Part shown: positions 26,874-36,270 of the stretch, in pieces
Numbering within the stretch: position 1 is the stretch's first letter
How the letters are laid out: each line of letters opens with the position of its first letter
Assembly (NCBI RefSeq): GCF_964194025.1
Contig: NC_134468.1
Span: forward strand, 68,386,001 to 68,450,000
Length of the DNA: 64,000 nucleotides
Direction: 5' to 3'
Origin: Convolutriloba macropyga
Lineage: Eukaryota
Translations under genes and position numbers: made by a program
Notes under the pieces: generated by a model
Database searches by the model: none
The model's input: only the letters and a program-made list of their open reading frames with translations
What the model was told of the DNA's origin: nothing

Positions 26874-27390
26874 ATGAACAAGATAATTTCCACAACAGAA
26901 CAAAATCTTATTTCATTGGTTGGTCCAAGCGGGTCTGCGAGATCTCATCTTATACATGAATGGTTAACAATTGGAACTTTTCAACCAGAGTTCGACAATT
27001 TGTACTACTTCTATCCATATTATCAATCTCTTTATGGTTTGATGTCCAAAGACGTTAAAAATATGAGTTTATAGAAGGTGTTGACTTTGAGTTTGTTCGA
27101 AACCTCCAGAATAACGGACCAAAGTATGTGTTAATTTTTTACGACTCTTGTGACGAGATTTACAGCTCCAAATATTTTGTTAAAATTGCATTAGCTGGAA
27201 GACATAAAGGAATTAGCACAATATAGTAAACACTATATATTTCATCAGACTAGATTAGAAAGAGATATAGAGTTACAAAAATACTCATATTGTCTTGTTC
27301 AAATCTCTTAGAGATTTGAATTAAATAAAAACTCTGAGTCAACAGTTGGGATTAGGTTCACAACTAAAAGATTGGTATTTCAAAGCATAC
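26874..27390 (+). pseudogene. A32/FtsK-type genome packaging ATPase
   Basis: Degenerate Walker A ISLVGPSGSARS, Walker B-like YVLIFYDSCDE, AGRHKGISTI and LQNTHIVLFKS. 3' end truncated. Confidence 0.85.
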
Positions 27391-27429
27391 AAAATAACGT
27401 CAAGCAGCTCGATATTTTAGACAATTACC

Positions 27430-28130
27430 CGCATTTGCAAAGCGGATGAATGAAATCTGGTGTCCTGATTTAGTTTTTATGGCTTAATTGTCAAAATTTA
27501 ATAACGGAGTAAAGTATTTATTAGTCTGCGTTGATGCATTTTCTCGTTTTGTCAGTGTTCAACCAATGAAATCAAAGTATTCTAAAGATGCTGTACCAGC
27601 TTTCAAAAAAATGCTACGAAAAAACAATGCCTCACAAAAAGTGTGGGTCGATCAAGGAACAGAGTTTGGTGGTGAATTTTGGAAATTTTGTGGACAAAAG
27701 ACAATTCAATTTTATTCAATGAGAAAAGAAACAAAGGCTGCCGTAGCTGAGAGAGCAATCAGATCTTTGAAAAACATTATTTATGGCTTCATGGAAAAAA
27801 ATGGGTATAAGTACCTTGTAAAAATCAGCTCTTTCTTAAATACAATGAATAGTAGAGTAAATAGATCTACAGACAAAGCTTCAGAAGATGTAAAAAAAGA
27901 GACTTTTTATCAATTCTTTTTTTACAAAAATCCGATCAGTCAATACAAAAAACCTCGGTATATACGATATTCCTTCTAGAAAAGAATAAAAGTCGCCGTT
28001 CACGCGTGAAATCTTGGAAGTTGTTAAAATTGCTACTTACAAATCTCCAACATACAACCTCAAGGGAGAGCAGTGTTAGGAAATACTACGAAAATTTTAT
28101 GAACAAGAGCTCTCAAAGTGTATCATTAGT
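27430..28130 (+). pseudogene. Polinton retroviral-like (rve) integrase
   Basis: NEIWCPDL, KYLLVCVDAFSRF, KVWVDQGTEF, KAAVAERAIRSLK (D-D-E triad) and a C-terminal FTREI...PTYNLK...KFYEQEL segment. Confidence 0.92.
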
Positions 28131-28131
28131 G

Positions 28132-28942
28132 ATGAACTCTTTGACGGTAGAGCTGGTTTCGAACGCCTCTTTTGATTGTTATCCAAATAATACATTGAGT
28201 TCTTCTACCAATTTCCTTCTAGAACAGATTAATTTTGAAAAAGAATGGGAGGGGGCAATAACCGAACTCTCATATCCATCTTTGTACCAGAATATTACGG
28301 ATAAAATTTTTTTCTATCTAGATTCTGCAACTTCAGATACAAAACCTTCTGATTAATATACAATTGATGCAGTACTATATTCATCCAAATCTGATATTGT
28401 GAACAAAATGAACAAAAAAATTCAGTAAAGAGAAAAGTATGAGAAAACTCCAATCAAATAAAAGTCAACAGAATTACACAGAGAATATCCCTAATTCTAC
28501 CTAAAAAAACCCGTTACTAGTTATCTTCAGTACTGATCTCTGTCACGTATTTGGGTCTGAGGAAGCTGCTTACGGAATGGGAGTTTTTATGAGTGGTGCT
28601 GGACCGCATTTTACTAAATTTCCCTTCGATATTGTTCAATTTCATATTCTGATGATATACAGTGACATTGTTGAATACAGTATTTTAGGTGATACAAAAA
28701 CCGCGCTTTCGAGATGTATTCGGTTCATTTCTAAAACTAAAAAAGGAGACGTGATATCTACTGGACAATATATTAATTATCAAAACTTCCCAAACCTACA
28801 ATTTAAAAAATTTCCGAAAAATTTTTTCCACGGCATTAAACTTGAGCTCCTGGACTCATACGGTGAAAATGTTCCCTTCATTTCGGTAGGTGTAACTAGA
28901 GCCGTATTGATGTTAAGAAAGGCTTCAGAAAATCATTTTTAA
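28132..28942 (+). pseudogene. Polinton minor capsid protein (penton)
   Basis: LVSNASFDCYPNNTLSS...EWEGAITELSYP at the N-terminus and IYSDIVEYSILGDTKTAL...IKLELLDSYGENVPF at the C-terminus, both typical of Polinton pentons. Confidence 0.8.
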
Positions 28943-28959
28943 ATTAAAGTTTACAAAAA

Positions 28960-29314
28960 ACGGATGCAGACAGTGGTTTACCGTATTTTCGTGGTTATTC
29001 AAGACAAATGGCGAGAGGATTTGAAGCTTTAGCACAAACAATTGGGAGGACTGCAATTCCTTCTTTCAGACGATATGTTGTACCAGCAGCTAAAAACGTT
29101 GGTGCTGACTTGTTTGAATTAGCCGCGCCAGAAATAGAAAATGTATTAGCTGGAAGGAAAGAGTTCAAATCTGCAGCCACAGGTGTTGGAAAGAAAACTT
29201 TACCTAAACAAATAGGAGGTTGAAACCTGGAAAAAGACGTATTATTTGAAAACGCTCGCCAAAAGTCAGTCGACGTCCTCGAACTAGGAGGGACATTTTT
29301 TCCAAACTAAAATG
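28960..29314 (+). pseudogene. Small basic virion core-like protein preceding the MCP
   Basis: PYFRGYSRQMARGFEALAQTIGRTAIP resembles the conserved QRGxG-type small Polinton ORF; basic C-terminus; QIGG is a possible adenain site. Confidence 0.55.
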
Positions 29315-29472
29315 AATACGAGGTCAACAAATGATAGTATTTTCCGTTATGGACACCTTACAAATTCTTGCTCGGAGATTTTTGACAAAATTCCGGTTTT
29401 GGAACTAATTGAATCCTCCCATATTCAATAAATTTATCCCAGTACTTCATTGGATGAAATTTCAATTTGATT
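29312..29472 (+). pseudogene. Major capsid protein N-terminal remnant (~50 codons; remainder deleted)
   Basis: TNSCSEIFDKIPVLELIESSHIQ*IYPSTSLDEISI*F resembles Polinton MCP N-termini (L-x-L-F...I......P......I-E-F) at the expected position. No room for a full MCP before the protease. Confidence 0.55.
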
Positions 29473-29537
29473 GTAAGGTGACAAATCAAATCCCTCTTCC
29501 AAAGGAGCTTGCGAATTGCTGCGGAAAATTAATTGTC

Positions 29538-29936
29538 ATGGATAATCAATCTCTTCAACAAATTATTGAGCGCATTCCAGAGCTAAAATTCAAATACATT
29601 GGATCGTTTCCAGCAGATTTCATTCCAAATTAACCTAAATTCTGCTTTGCAATCTTTAACACTGCTTCGAGCAAAAAAGTTGGTGAGCATTGGATATTGT
29701 TTGCTCGACTCAACAGAAATTACTATTATGCGGATTTTCTGGCTCGATCAATAACACATTACAAAATTTTATGTAGAAAGTACGAAAAAATTATACATCG
29801 ACCACCTCAGAAGAAGCAAAATTTTTGTGGATTCTACGCAATTTTTGCGGCTGTTCAACTATTTAAGTTTTTCCAAATCAACTTGAACAATATTCATGAT
29901 GTGCACGTGTTAAACTTTATAAGTAACTATATGTAG
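29538..29936 (+). pseudogene. Adenain-like cysteine protease
   Basis: YIGSFPAD, AIFNT...GEHW (His), YYAD (Asp), QKKQNFCGFY (Gln/Cys); one internal stop at ~29631. Confidence 0.88.
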
Positions 29937-30236
29937 AATTATTCATTTTGATATTTTATAAGCTGAAGTTAATAAAGTCGATAGTATATGTTTCTCTTTA
30001 CTGTTTTTCGTGAGTTTTTTAAATTTTTTTATTGAATTTTATTAAACAATCGACTAAGTGTACTTTAATGTTGGTTTTAATTTAAACAATTTATTGTAAA
30101 TATTAGAGTAATTTTGTATTTTGATGCTCACAATTTATACTGTCTGTTGTTACGTACTTTTTAATTCAATTTTTTCCTTTTGTTTAACATCTTTTTCAAA
30201 CAATGTACAAATGATAATGCATATATGCATGTATTC

Positions 30237-30307
30237 AGCAAAATGGCGCAGCGGGAGCGCGGTGGGCCCATAACCCAGAGGACGGTAGATCAAAAATATC
30301 TCTTCTA
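30237..30307 (+). tRNA. Initiator tRNA-Met(CAT)-derived sequence, probably a pseudogene
   Basis: AGCAAAATGGCGCAGCGGGAGCGCGGTGGGCCCATAACCCAGAGGACGGTAGATCAAAAATATCTCTTCTA is collinear with animal tRNAi-Met. A-box and GGG-CCCATAA-CCC anticodon arm are intact, T-arm and acceptor stem are decayed, and TTTTT follows at ~30315. Confidence 0.8.
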
Positions 30308-31106
30308 TCTGAACTTTTTCCGATTATTGAGCTCGCAAAAGACAATTGGTACTTAATTTATTCAAACAATTAGGGGAACAACTTTTTCAATTGACCGAAA
30401 AAGTGTTTACAATTTCATAACTCAGCGGTAACACCTTGGACCCCCCCCATAGAAAAACCATACATGTTTCTCTAAATCAAAATCAACATGCTGAGGTAGT
30501 ATTTGACCCCCCACCGAGAGTGTTCAAAACAGTGAGAGTGATCGGAATGTGTGTAAACATTTCTCTGAAAACATCTGTTACTAAAAAAACAAACACAAAC
30601 AACACTTAATTTTACCCCTCCTTTCAATAAAAGTTCATCTTGAATGTTTAATACACTAAACCTCTCGACCAGTCAGAATGCCCTTCTAAAATACCGACAC
30701 ATATTGTCGCTATATACTATTACCAACCTACCTAATCTTAATACGTTGCGTTGGCTATTCCTAATCTTAATACGTGGCGGCGGTAATTTTTAATCTTAAT
30801 ACGTGACTGCGGCTATTCTTAATCTTAATACGGGGCGGCGATTATTCCTAATCTTGATACGTTTCCGCGGCTATTCCTAATCTTAATGCATGGTGGCGAC
30901 CATAATTAATCTTAATACATGTCAGCCGCTATAACTAATCTTAAAACATGTAGATTCTATTCCAAATCTTAATACATGCACCCTATACACTATCTTAATA
31001 TATGTGAGATGCCCCTATCTCCTGGAACAACGCTATACCCTATGTTAATAATTGGGGACCTCACCCCCCCCCCCCCCGGGGGACTGTCGCTCACTATATT
31101 ACTACT
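30303..31106 (-). repeat. Polinton right terminal inverted repeat
   Basis: Ends ...CGCTCACTATATTACTACT; inverted match to 12609-13318. Confidence 0.9.
30731..31050 (+). repeat. Array of TAATCTTAATAC motifs with ~29-bp period within the TIR (mirrored at ~12655-12890)
   Basis: About 10-11 copies of (T)AATCTTAATAC(G/A) separated by variable GC-richer linkers; about 8 reverse-complement copies in the left TIR. Confidence 0.85.
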
Positions 31107-32015
31107 GATGGCCTATCGATCATTAACCCATAGTGTAACAAAATACAACCCAGTGTATGGGGTACTGGGTTTTCCACTGTTGCTACCTATAGACTGCATC
31201 TATAACACACCACAGTCCGCAATATATGCAACACCAAGTGACTATGTTTTCACAATGAAACAGAAATTACCGCAGACGTATCAGTTGATGCGAGAATATA
31301 TGGATGTCGAACAAGAACTCCAGAAGACCTATTATGATCGCAGTATGTATAGTCCGAGCTATAAATTTGGCGAAGAAGTGTTAGTTTGCAACCCAAAGCT
31401 TAAAAAAGGAGAAACAAGAAAATTTACTTCTTTCTATGGAGGATCGTACTTAATAGTGGAAATTTTAAACGATTTCAACTTCAAGGTAGAAGATGTAAAT
31501 CTGAGGAAAGCTAATAAGGTCCGTTATGACCGACTGAAAAAAATATAAAACCCAAGAAAAGCAATTTGCGCCTGAGCTTCAAGCGAAACGAAAAACCACA
31601 GTTAAGGAGCAGAAGAATACCAATTTGAACAGCTCAGACGATGACGATAAAATTGAAATAGAATCATCTACAGACAGTGAAAGCAATCTGAAAACAGAAA
31701 ATCAATCCGAAGCTAAGGATGCTAACAATTTACTAAATGTTACAAATCACACTTCTGAAAATGAAGCTAAAGAATCAGAAAAAAAACAACAGAGTACACT
31801 GGGACAAAACATCAAAAACAAAAACTCAAAAACCAGACAAAAACCACAGGAATCTAATAATAAAACAAAAAAGTACTGAAGAAAGTACTAATAGGGATCA
31901 TAAGGCACCACAAATGGCTACAAGGTCTAGCAGCCGATTAAAATCGGTGCCTGAGAAATTAAAGAATTACTTTACTGAGCAAGATGAAGAGTATTTTAGC
32001 AGCATGTGTTGTTAG
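31107..32015 (+). pseudogene. pol: Gypsy integrase C-terminus (GPY/F-like domain) and low-complexity tail
   Basis: MAYRSLTHSVTKYNP, QKTYYDR, YKFGEEVLV, KFTSFYGGSYLIVE, KVRYDRLK, then an acidic/Ser-rich tail and TRSSSRLKSVPEKLKNY. Confidence 0.88.
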
Positions 32016-33406
32016 CTAAAACCACAGTTGGATTGCTACAGGAGTATTAGCCATCGTGTTTTAGCGAAAGACATAGAGTATTGCGATATTAGCAGCCAGG
32101 AAACTGATGATTTTTTTGTTTCAGCAAAATCCAGAAAGAAAAAACAGAATCCAAAAAAAGGCGAGTTTGACCGGAGCATCGTGTGATGGAGTATCACTAT
32201 GTTTGTCTCTGGCATTTCTAGCCACTTTTGTTTCTCCATCACATTGTATCAAATTAAACGGTTATGATTTTGACAGTATCGTATCAACAATTATCTATTC
32301 CCTAGATTACAGTACAAACGGTGATAACAAGATTCGAGTATCAAAAACAAAAGAAGAAGGTAATTTGTTATATGCTGACATTCAGCCTGAGATGAAACTA
32401 AAATTTTTCATATATGAACCGGCATATACAGCGTCAGCACTTTAAAAAAGCAACGTATCTGACGATGTCGTTTTTTTCACAGAAAATTCAAGACTACTAA
32501 AATCAATACACCCCTTAAATGAGGGAGTTTGAAGGAACATTTGGCAGAACAAAAGTTTTGCTATACCAGGTTTTGGAGATAGGACATTGAAAAACAACAG
32601 AGTACACTGGGACAAAACATCAAAAACAAAAACTCAAAAACCAGACAAAAACCACAGGAATCTAATAATAAACCAAAAAGTACTGAAGAAAAGACTAATA
32701 GGGATCACAAGGCACCACAAATGGCTACAGGGTCTAGCAGCCGATTAAAATCGGTGCCTGAGAAATTAAAGAATTACTTTACTGAGCAAGATGAAGAGTA
32801 CTTTAGCAGCATGTGTTGTTAGCTAAAACCACAGTTGAATTGTTACAGGAGTATTAGACATCGAGTTTTAGCCAAAGACATAGAGTATTGTGATATTAGC
32901 AGTCAGGAAACTGATGATTTTTTTATTTCAGCAAAATCCAGAAAGAAAAAATAGAATCCAAAAAAGGCGAGTTTGACCGGAGCATCGTGTGATGGAGTAT
33001 CACTAAGTTTGTCTCTGGCATTTCTAGCCATTTTTCTTTCTCCATCACATTGTATCAAATTAAACGTTTATGATTTTGACAGTATCGTATCAACAATTAT
33101 CTATTCCCTAGATTACAGTACAAACGGTGATAACAAGATTCGAGTATCGAAAACAAAAAAAGAAGGTAACTTGATATATGCTGACATTCAGCCTGAGATA
33201 AAACTAAAATTTTTCATATATGAAGCGGCATATACAGCGTCGGCACTTTAAAAAAGCAACGTATATGACGATGTCGTTTTTTTCACAGAAAATTCAAAAC
33301 TACTAAAATCAATACACCCCTTAAATGAGGGAGTTTGTAGGAACATTTGGCAGAAAAAAAGTTTTGCCATACCAGGTTTTGGATATAGGACATTTAAAAA
33401 CAACAG
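31782..33406 (+). repeat. ~807-bp tandem duplication covering the pol tail and env N-terminus
   Basis: The 11-bp microhomology AAAAACAACAG occurs at 31782, 32590 and 33396 and bounds two near-identical copies. Confidence 0.95.
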
Positions 33407-34838
33407 GTCGGTAACTGCAACAATTTTACGACAGGCCAGCGAATCCACTAATGTCAAAGTGCACAGTCAAAGCTTCATGGCAAAAAATGGACGCGAAGGC
33501 GCTATGTATGCAGAGCCTGTAGGGTGGGTTTCACCTAAAGGAGAAAAATTTATTGGAAATGTGGTAACCAATGCATAATTTTACATCGGAACAACTTGGT
33601 GGAAGCTGCTACAAAGAAACCTAACAAATTTTAAGGATCGCCTAAGTTTCTCGAAAACCGTTCTCATCAAAACCACATATTTTGAAGACAATTTAGTAAG
33701 CCTTTTGGAAAATAAAGGTGAGCAGACAATCAGACGATAAAACCTTTATTAAGGAGGACCCTGCAAAAATTTTTGGTAACAGCAAGACCAATTTTATCAG
33801 AGGGAAAATTTTACACAAAAACAAATTTGAAGATTTTGCATTACAAAACTTAAAGGAAAAAGCAATTAATTTGTGTGGACAGCATGACAGCATGTGAAAA
33901 CAGCCGGAATTCCAGGTGTTTTTTAATCCGAGGAAAGATCAGAGCTGAAAACAGTTAATCTTAAAATAACCATGGAAATGTTTCTTTCAAGCGTTGTTGA
34001 CACCTTTAATTTCGAAATTCTCAAATAGAGAGAATTTTTTTCTGTGAAAATTAGAACGCTCCAATGCGACATTCAACGACTGGAAATTCAAACAACATTG
34101 GACAACGATCGAACAACCTTCTTCGAGAAAGGAACTCACGCCGAAAGAGCAGGATCTGTGTTATATGTTCATAAATGTGCCAAGATGGTAGCAACAATAA
34201 CTTAGCTTCCTCTTTTGCACCCTAATACAAAATTCTTTATCATAATTATACAACCGCTGCATGCAACCCACTGTACTCAAATGTTGTCAAATCAGAAGAC
34301 GGCTGTCAAAACAGAAGATTAGAGAAACGCTGAAGAATTTCAATCGTGAGATATATCAGTGGTCGATGAATAATAACTTAAATGTAAGTGATGAAAACCT
34401 GCATCGCAGCCTTTTCTCCATATCAGACGTAAAACAGAGTCAAATTGCTCGAACAATTCGCCATATTGATAAAGGAATTATCACTCGGGAAGCATTCGAG
34501 ATTCCGATGGAAAACACTGTCATGAAAATTTTATTCACTGGGACGACCAGTTCCAATAACAATTTTTCTAACAAATGAAATAACAATTTTTTGGAATTTA
34601 GGGAACCGAAAGCTTATAGATTTGGTTAGAAGCGAAAGACATTGCTGTGTCGGTCTTAACAGTATACCTCATTTTTAATATTGTGAAAAATTTCCCTAAA
34701 TTGTTCATCTATTTAGGATTGGCTATTAATGGAGCGTCTTTGCAACAACTATCGCGGAATCTTGACCCCATAACGGTAACACATTTGTATAATCAATTAC
34801 TCAAATTATTAAATAAACGCCGAGAACAAAAAAAATGA
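32160..34838 (+). pseudogene. env: env-like ORF resembling class III (gB/chuvirus G-type) fusion glycoproteins
   Basis: Hydrophobic signal-like segment VSLCLSLAFLATFVSPSHC; IKLNGYDFDSIVSTIIYSL; RTLQCDIQRLE; GTHAERAGSVLYVHKCAKMVATI (34131-34200); ACNPLY; several N-x-S/T sequons; hydrophobic TM-like stretch at ~34640-34740 and a basic tail. Confidence 0.7.
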
Positions 34839-34916
34839 TTGAAGAAAAAGAGTCCTTAAAAGAGTCAGTTTTAAAAAGAGTTGTTTTAAAAAAAGAAGGA
34901 AAAAGAAAATTAAGTT

Positions 34917-35155
34917 ATTTTGAGTTCAAGACCAAAAAAGGAAGGAACGTCTCGAGTTTGAGAACAAAAAGTTGTCTTGAGTTCAAGACCAAAAAAAGAA
35001 GAAAGGGCAACTGCTCGATTTTGAGACCGAAAAAATGTCTTGAGCTCGAGACCGAAAAATAATTGTTTTGAGTTCAAGACCAAACAAAAACGGGAACGTC
35101 TCGAATTCGAGACCAAAAAAAGAAAAGAAAAAAGGAAAAATCTTGAGTTCAAGAT
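34917..35155. repeat. Array of 8 palindromic TCTYGARYTCRAGA-like sites separated by A-tracts
   Basis: For example TCTTGAGTTCAAGA (~34975), TCTTGAGCTCGAGA (~35038), TCTCGAATTCGAGA (~35099); most are followed by CC(A/G)AAAA. Confidence 0.85.
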
Positions 35156-35189
35156 TGAAAATATCGAGAAACTTTAGAAGTAAAAAAGA

Positions 35190-36100
35190 TTTTTTATCCG
35201 ATATAGCGGGTAACGAGATTCCACAGATTGATGAATATTAGTACTACATGCAAGAATTGTAGAAATTTATTTCCGAGATTTCTCCGGGAGTGTATCGAGT
35301 GGAGTCTTATCTGTCGCGGACTCGGAAAGTATATACGCTAGAACATCTGGCACCAACCAAATTTCGGTCGCGTGCTATGCAGACTGAAGTGGAACTGCAA
35401 AACCAGTGCTTAAAGTTAGAGAAGATGAAGAGTACTAACACTTCAGAAAGACCTCGTCAAGATTCGACAAGAACTAGATAACTGTTGCAACAAGACCAAA
35501 GAGGCATCAAAAGAGGCTTTGGTCAAATGGAGCGCCGAATATGAGGCGTTACGAGATACTTTAAAGGCAGCAGCAGCGAAATGCTGAAAAGGAGCAATCC
35601 ATTGAGGTATTGAAGCAAGAGTTGGCTGATTTGAAAGTCAAAGCTGCTAAGAAAAACAAAGCCATCGAAAATATGAAGAAATTGAATGACCAATTGAGGT
35701 CAGAGTTTGAGCACCTGGAACACTTTTATCAGTATTTGGCCAACGAATGCCGAAAAAAAGATTATCTCATTGATCGACAAAAGAGTATTCTTAGAAACGA
35801 AAAAGCCAAAACAAAGGCCACGGAGGAATGTTTATCCGAAATTTGGAACAAAAACATTAGGAACTGGCCTGCAACGCTATAGGAGGTTTTGTTGGTAAAA
35901 TGTTCTGCTTCAAAAGATCAGATCAAGGAACACTACCACAAAATGAGCATGTTGACGCACCCTGATGCTGGTGGAGACGAAAAATTCTTCAAGACCATCA
36001 ACCGTGCGTATCAAATTCTGACAAATGATGCGGCACGGGAAGCGTACAACATATTTGGACTTGACGAGGCAGAAAAGTTATGAACAAACAAAACTGTTGA
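35190..36100 (+). pseudogene. Accessory ORF: coiled coil followed by a DnaJ (J) domain
   Basis: Heptad-rich KQELADLKVKAAKKNKAIENMKKLNDQLRSEFE, then in frame TL*EVLLVKCSASKDQIKEHYHKMSMLTHPDAGGDEKFFKTINRAYQILTNDAAREAYN, a complete J-domain with HPD. The TAG at 35880 is probably a mutated Tyr codon. Confidence 0.85.
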
Positions 36101-36214
36101 TTAAACTGTCCACATGAATCTACATACTTTTTGTAAAGCAAGACGTTCATATAAATTGAACTGTGAAGGAAAAAATTGTTTGATTTTGAGTGAGTGGTGC
36201 ACTCTATTCTTGTT

Positions 36215-36224
36215 AAGAGGGGGG
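36215..36224 (+). promoter_or_regulatory. Polypurine tract of the LTR element
   Basis: AAGAGGGGGG three bases before the TG start of the 3' LTR. Confidence 0.75.
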
Positions 36225-36227
36225 CAC

Positions 36228-36239
36228 TGTCACACGTAT

Positions 36240-36270
<31 letters not shown>

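Larger units (their letters stand above)
12609..31106. mobile_element. Polinton/Maverick (adintovirus-like), defective
   Basis: AGTAGT...ACTACT termini, ~700-800 bp TIRs, and pPolB, ATPase, rve integrase, penton, MCP remnant and adenain protease genes. Confidence 0.95.

Noticed and set aside
30237-30307. A currently functional tRNA
   Set aside because: The T-arm/B-box and acceptor stem are mismatched, so it is reported as a probable pseudogene.
30731-31050. CRISPR-like repeat/spacer appearance of the TIR array
   Set aside because: The core is only ~12 bp, linkers are ~15-17 bp and related to each other, there are no cas genes, and the context is a eukaryotic Polinton TIR.
30976-31106. N-terminal extension of the 190-aa ORF as a real fusion protein
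   Set aside because: These codons are Polinton TIR sequence that happens to be in frame with the split Gypsy integrase.
34917-35155. Heat-shock elements upstream of the J-domain ORF
   Set aside because: The palindromes do not fit the nGAAnnTTCn spacing, so no HSF link can be claimed.
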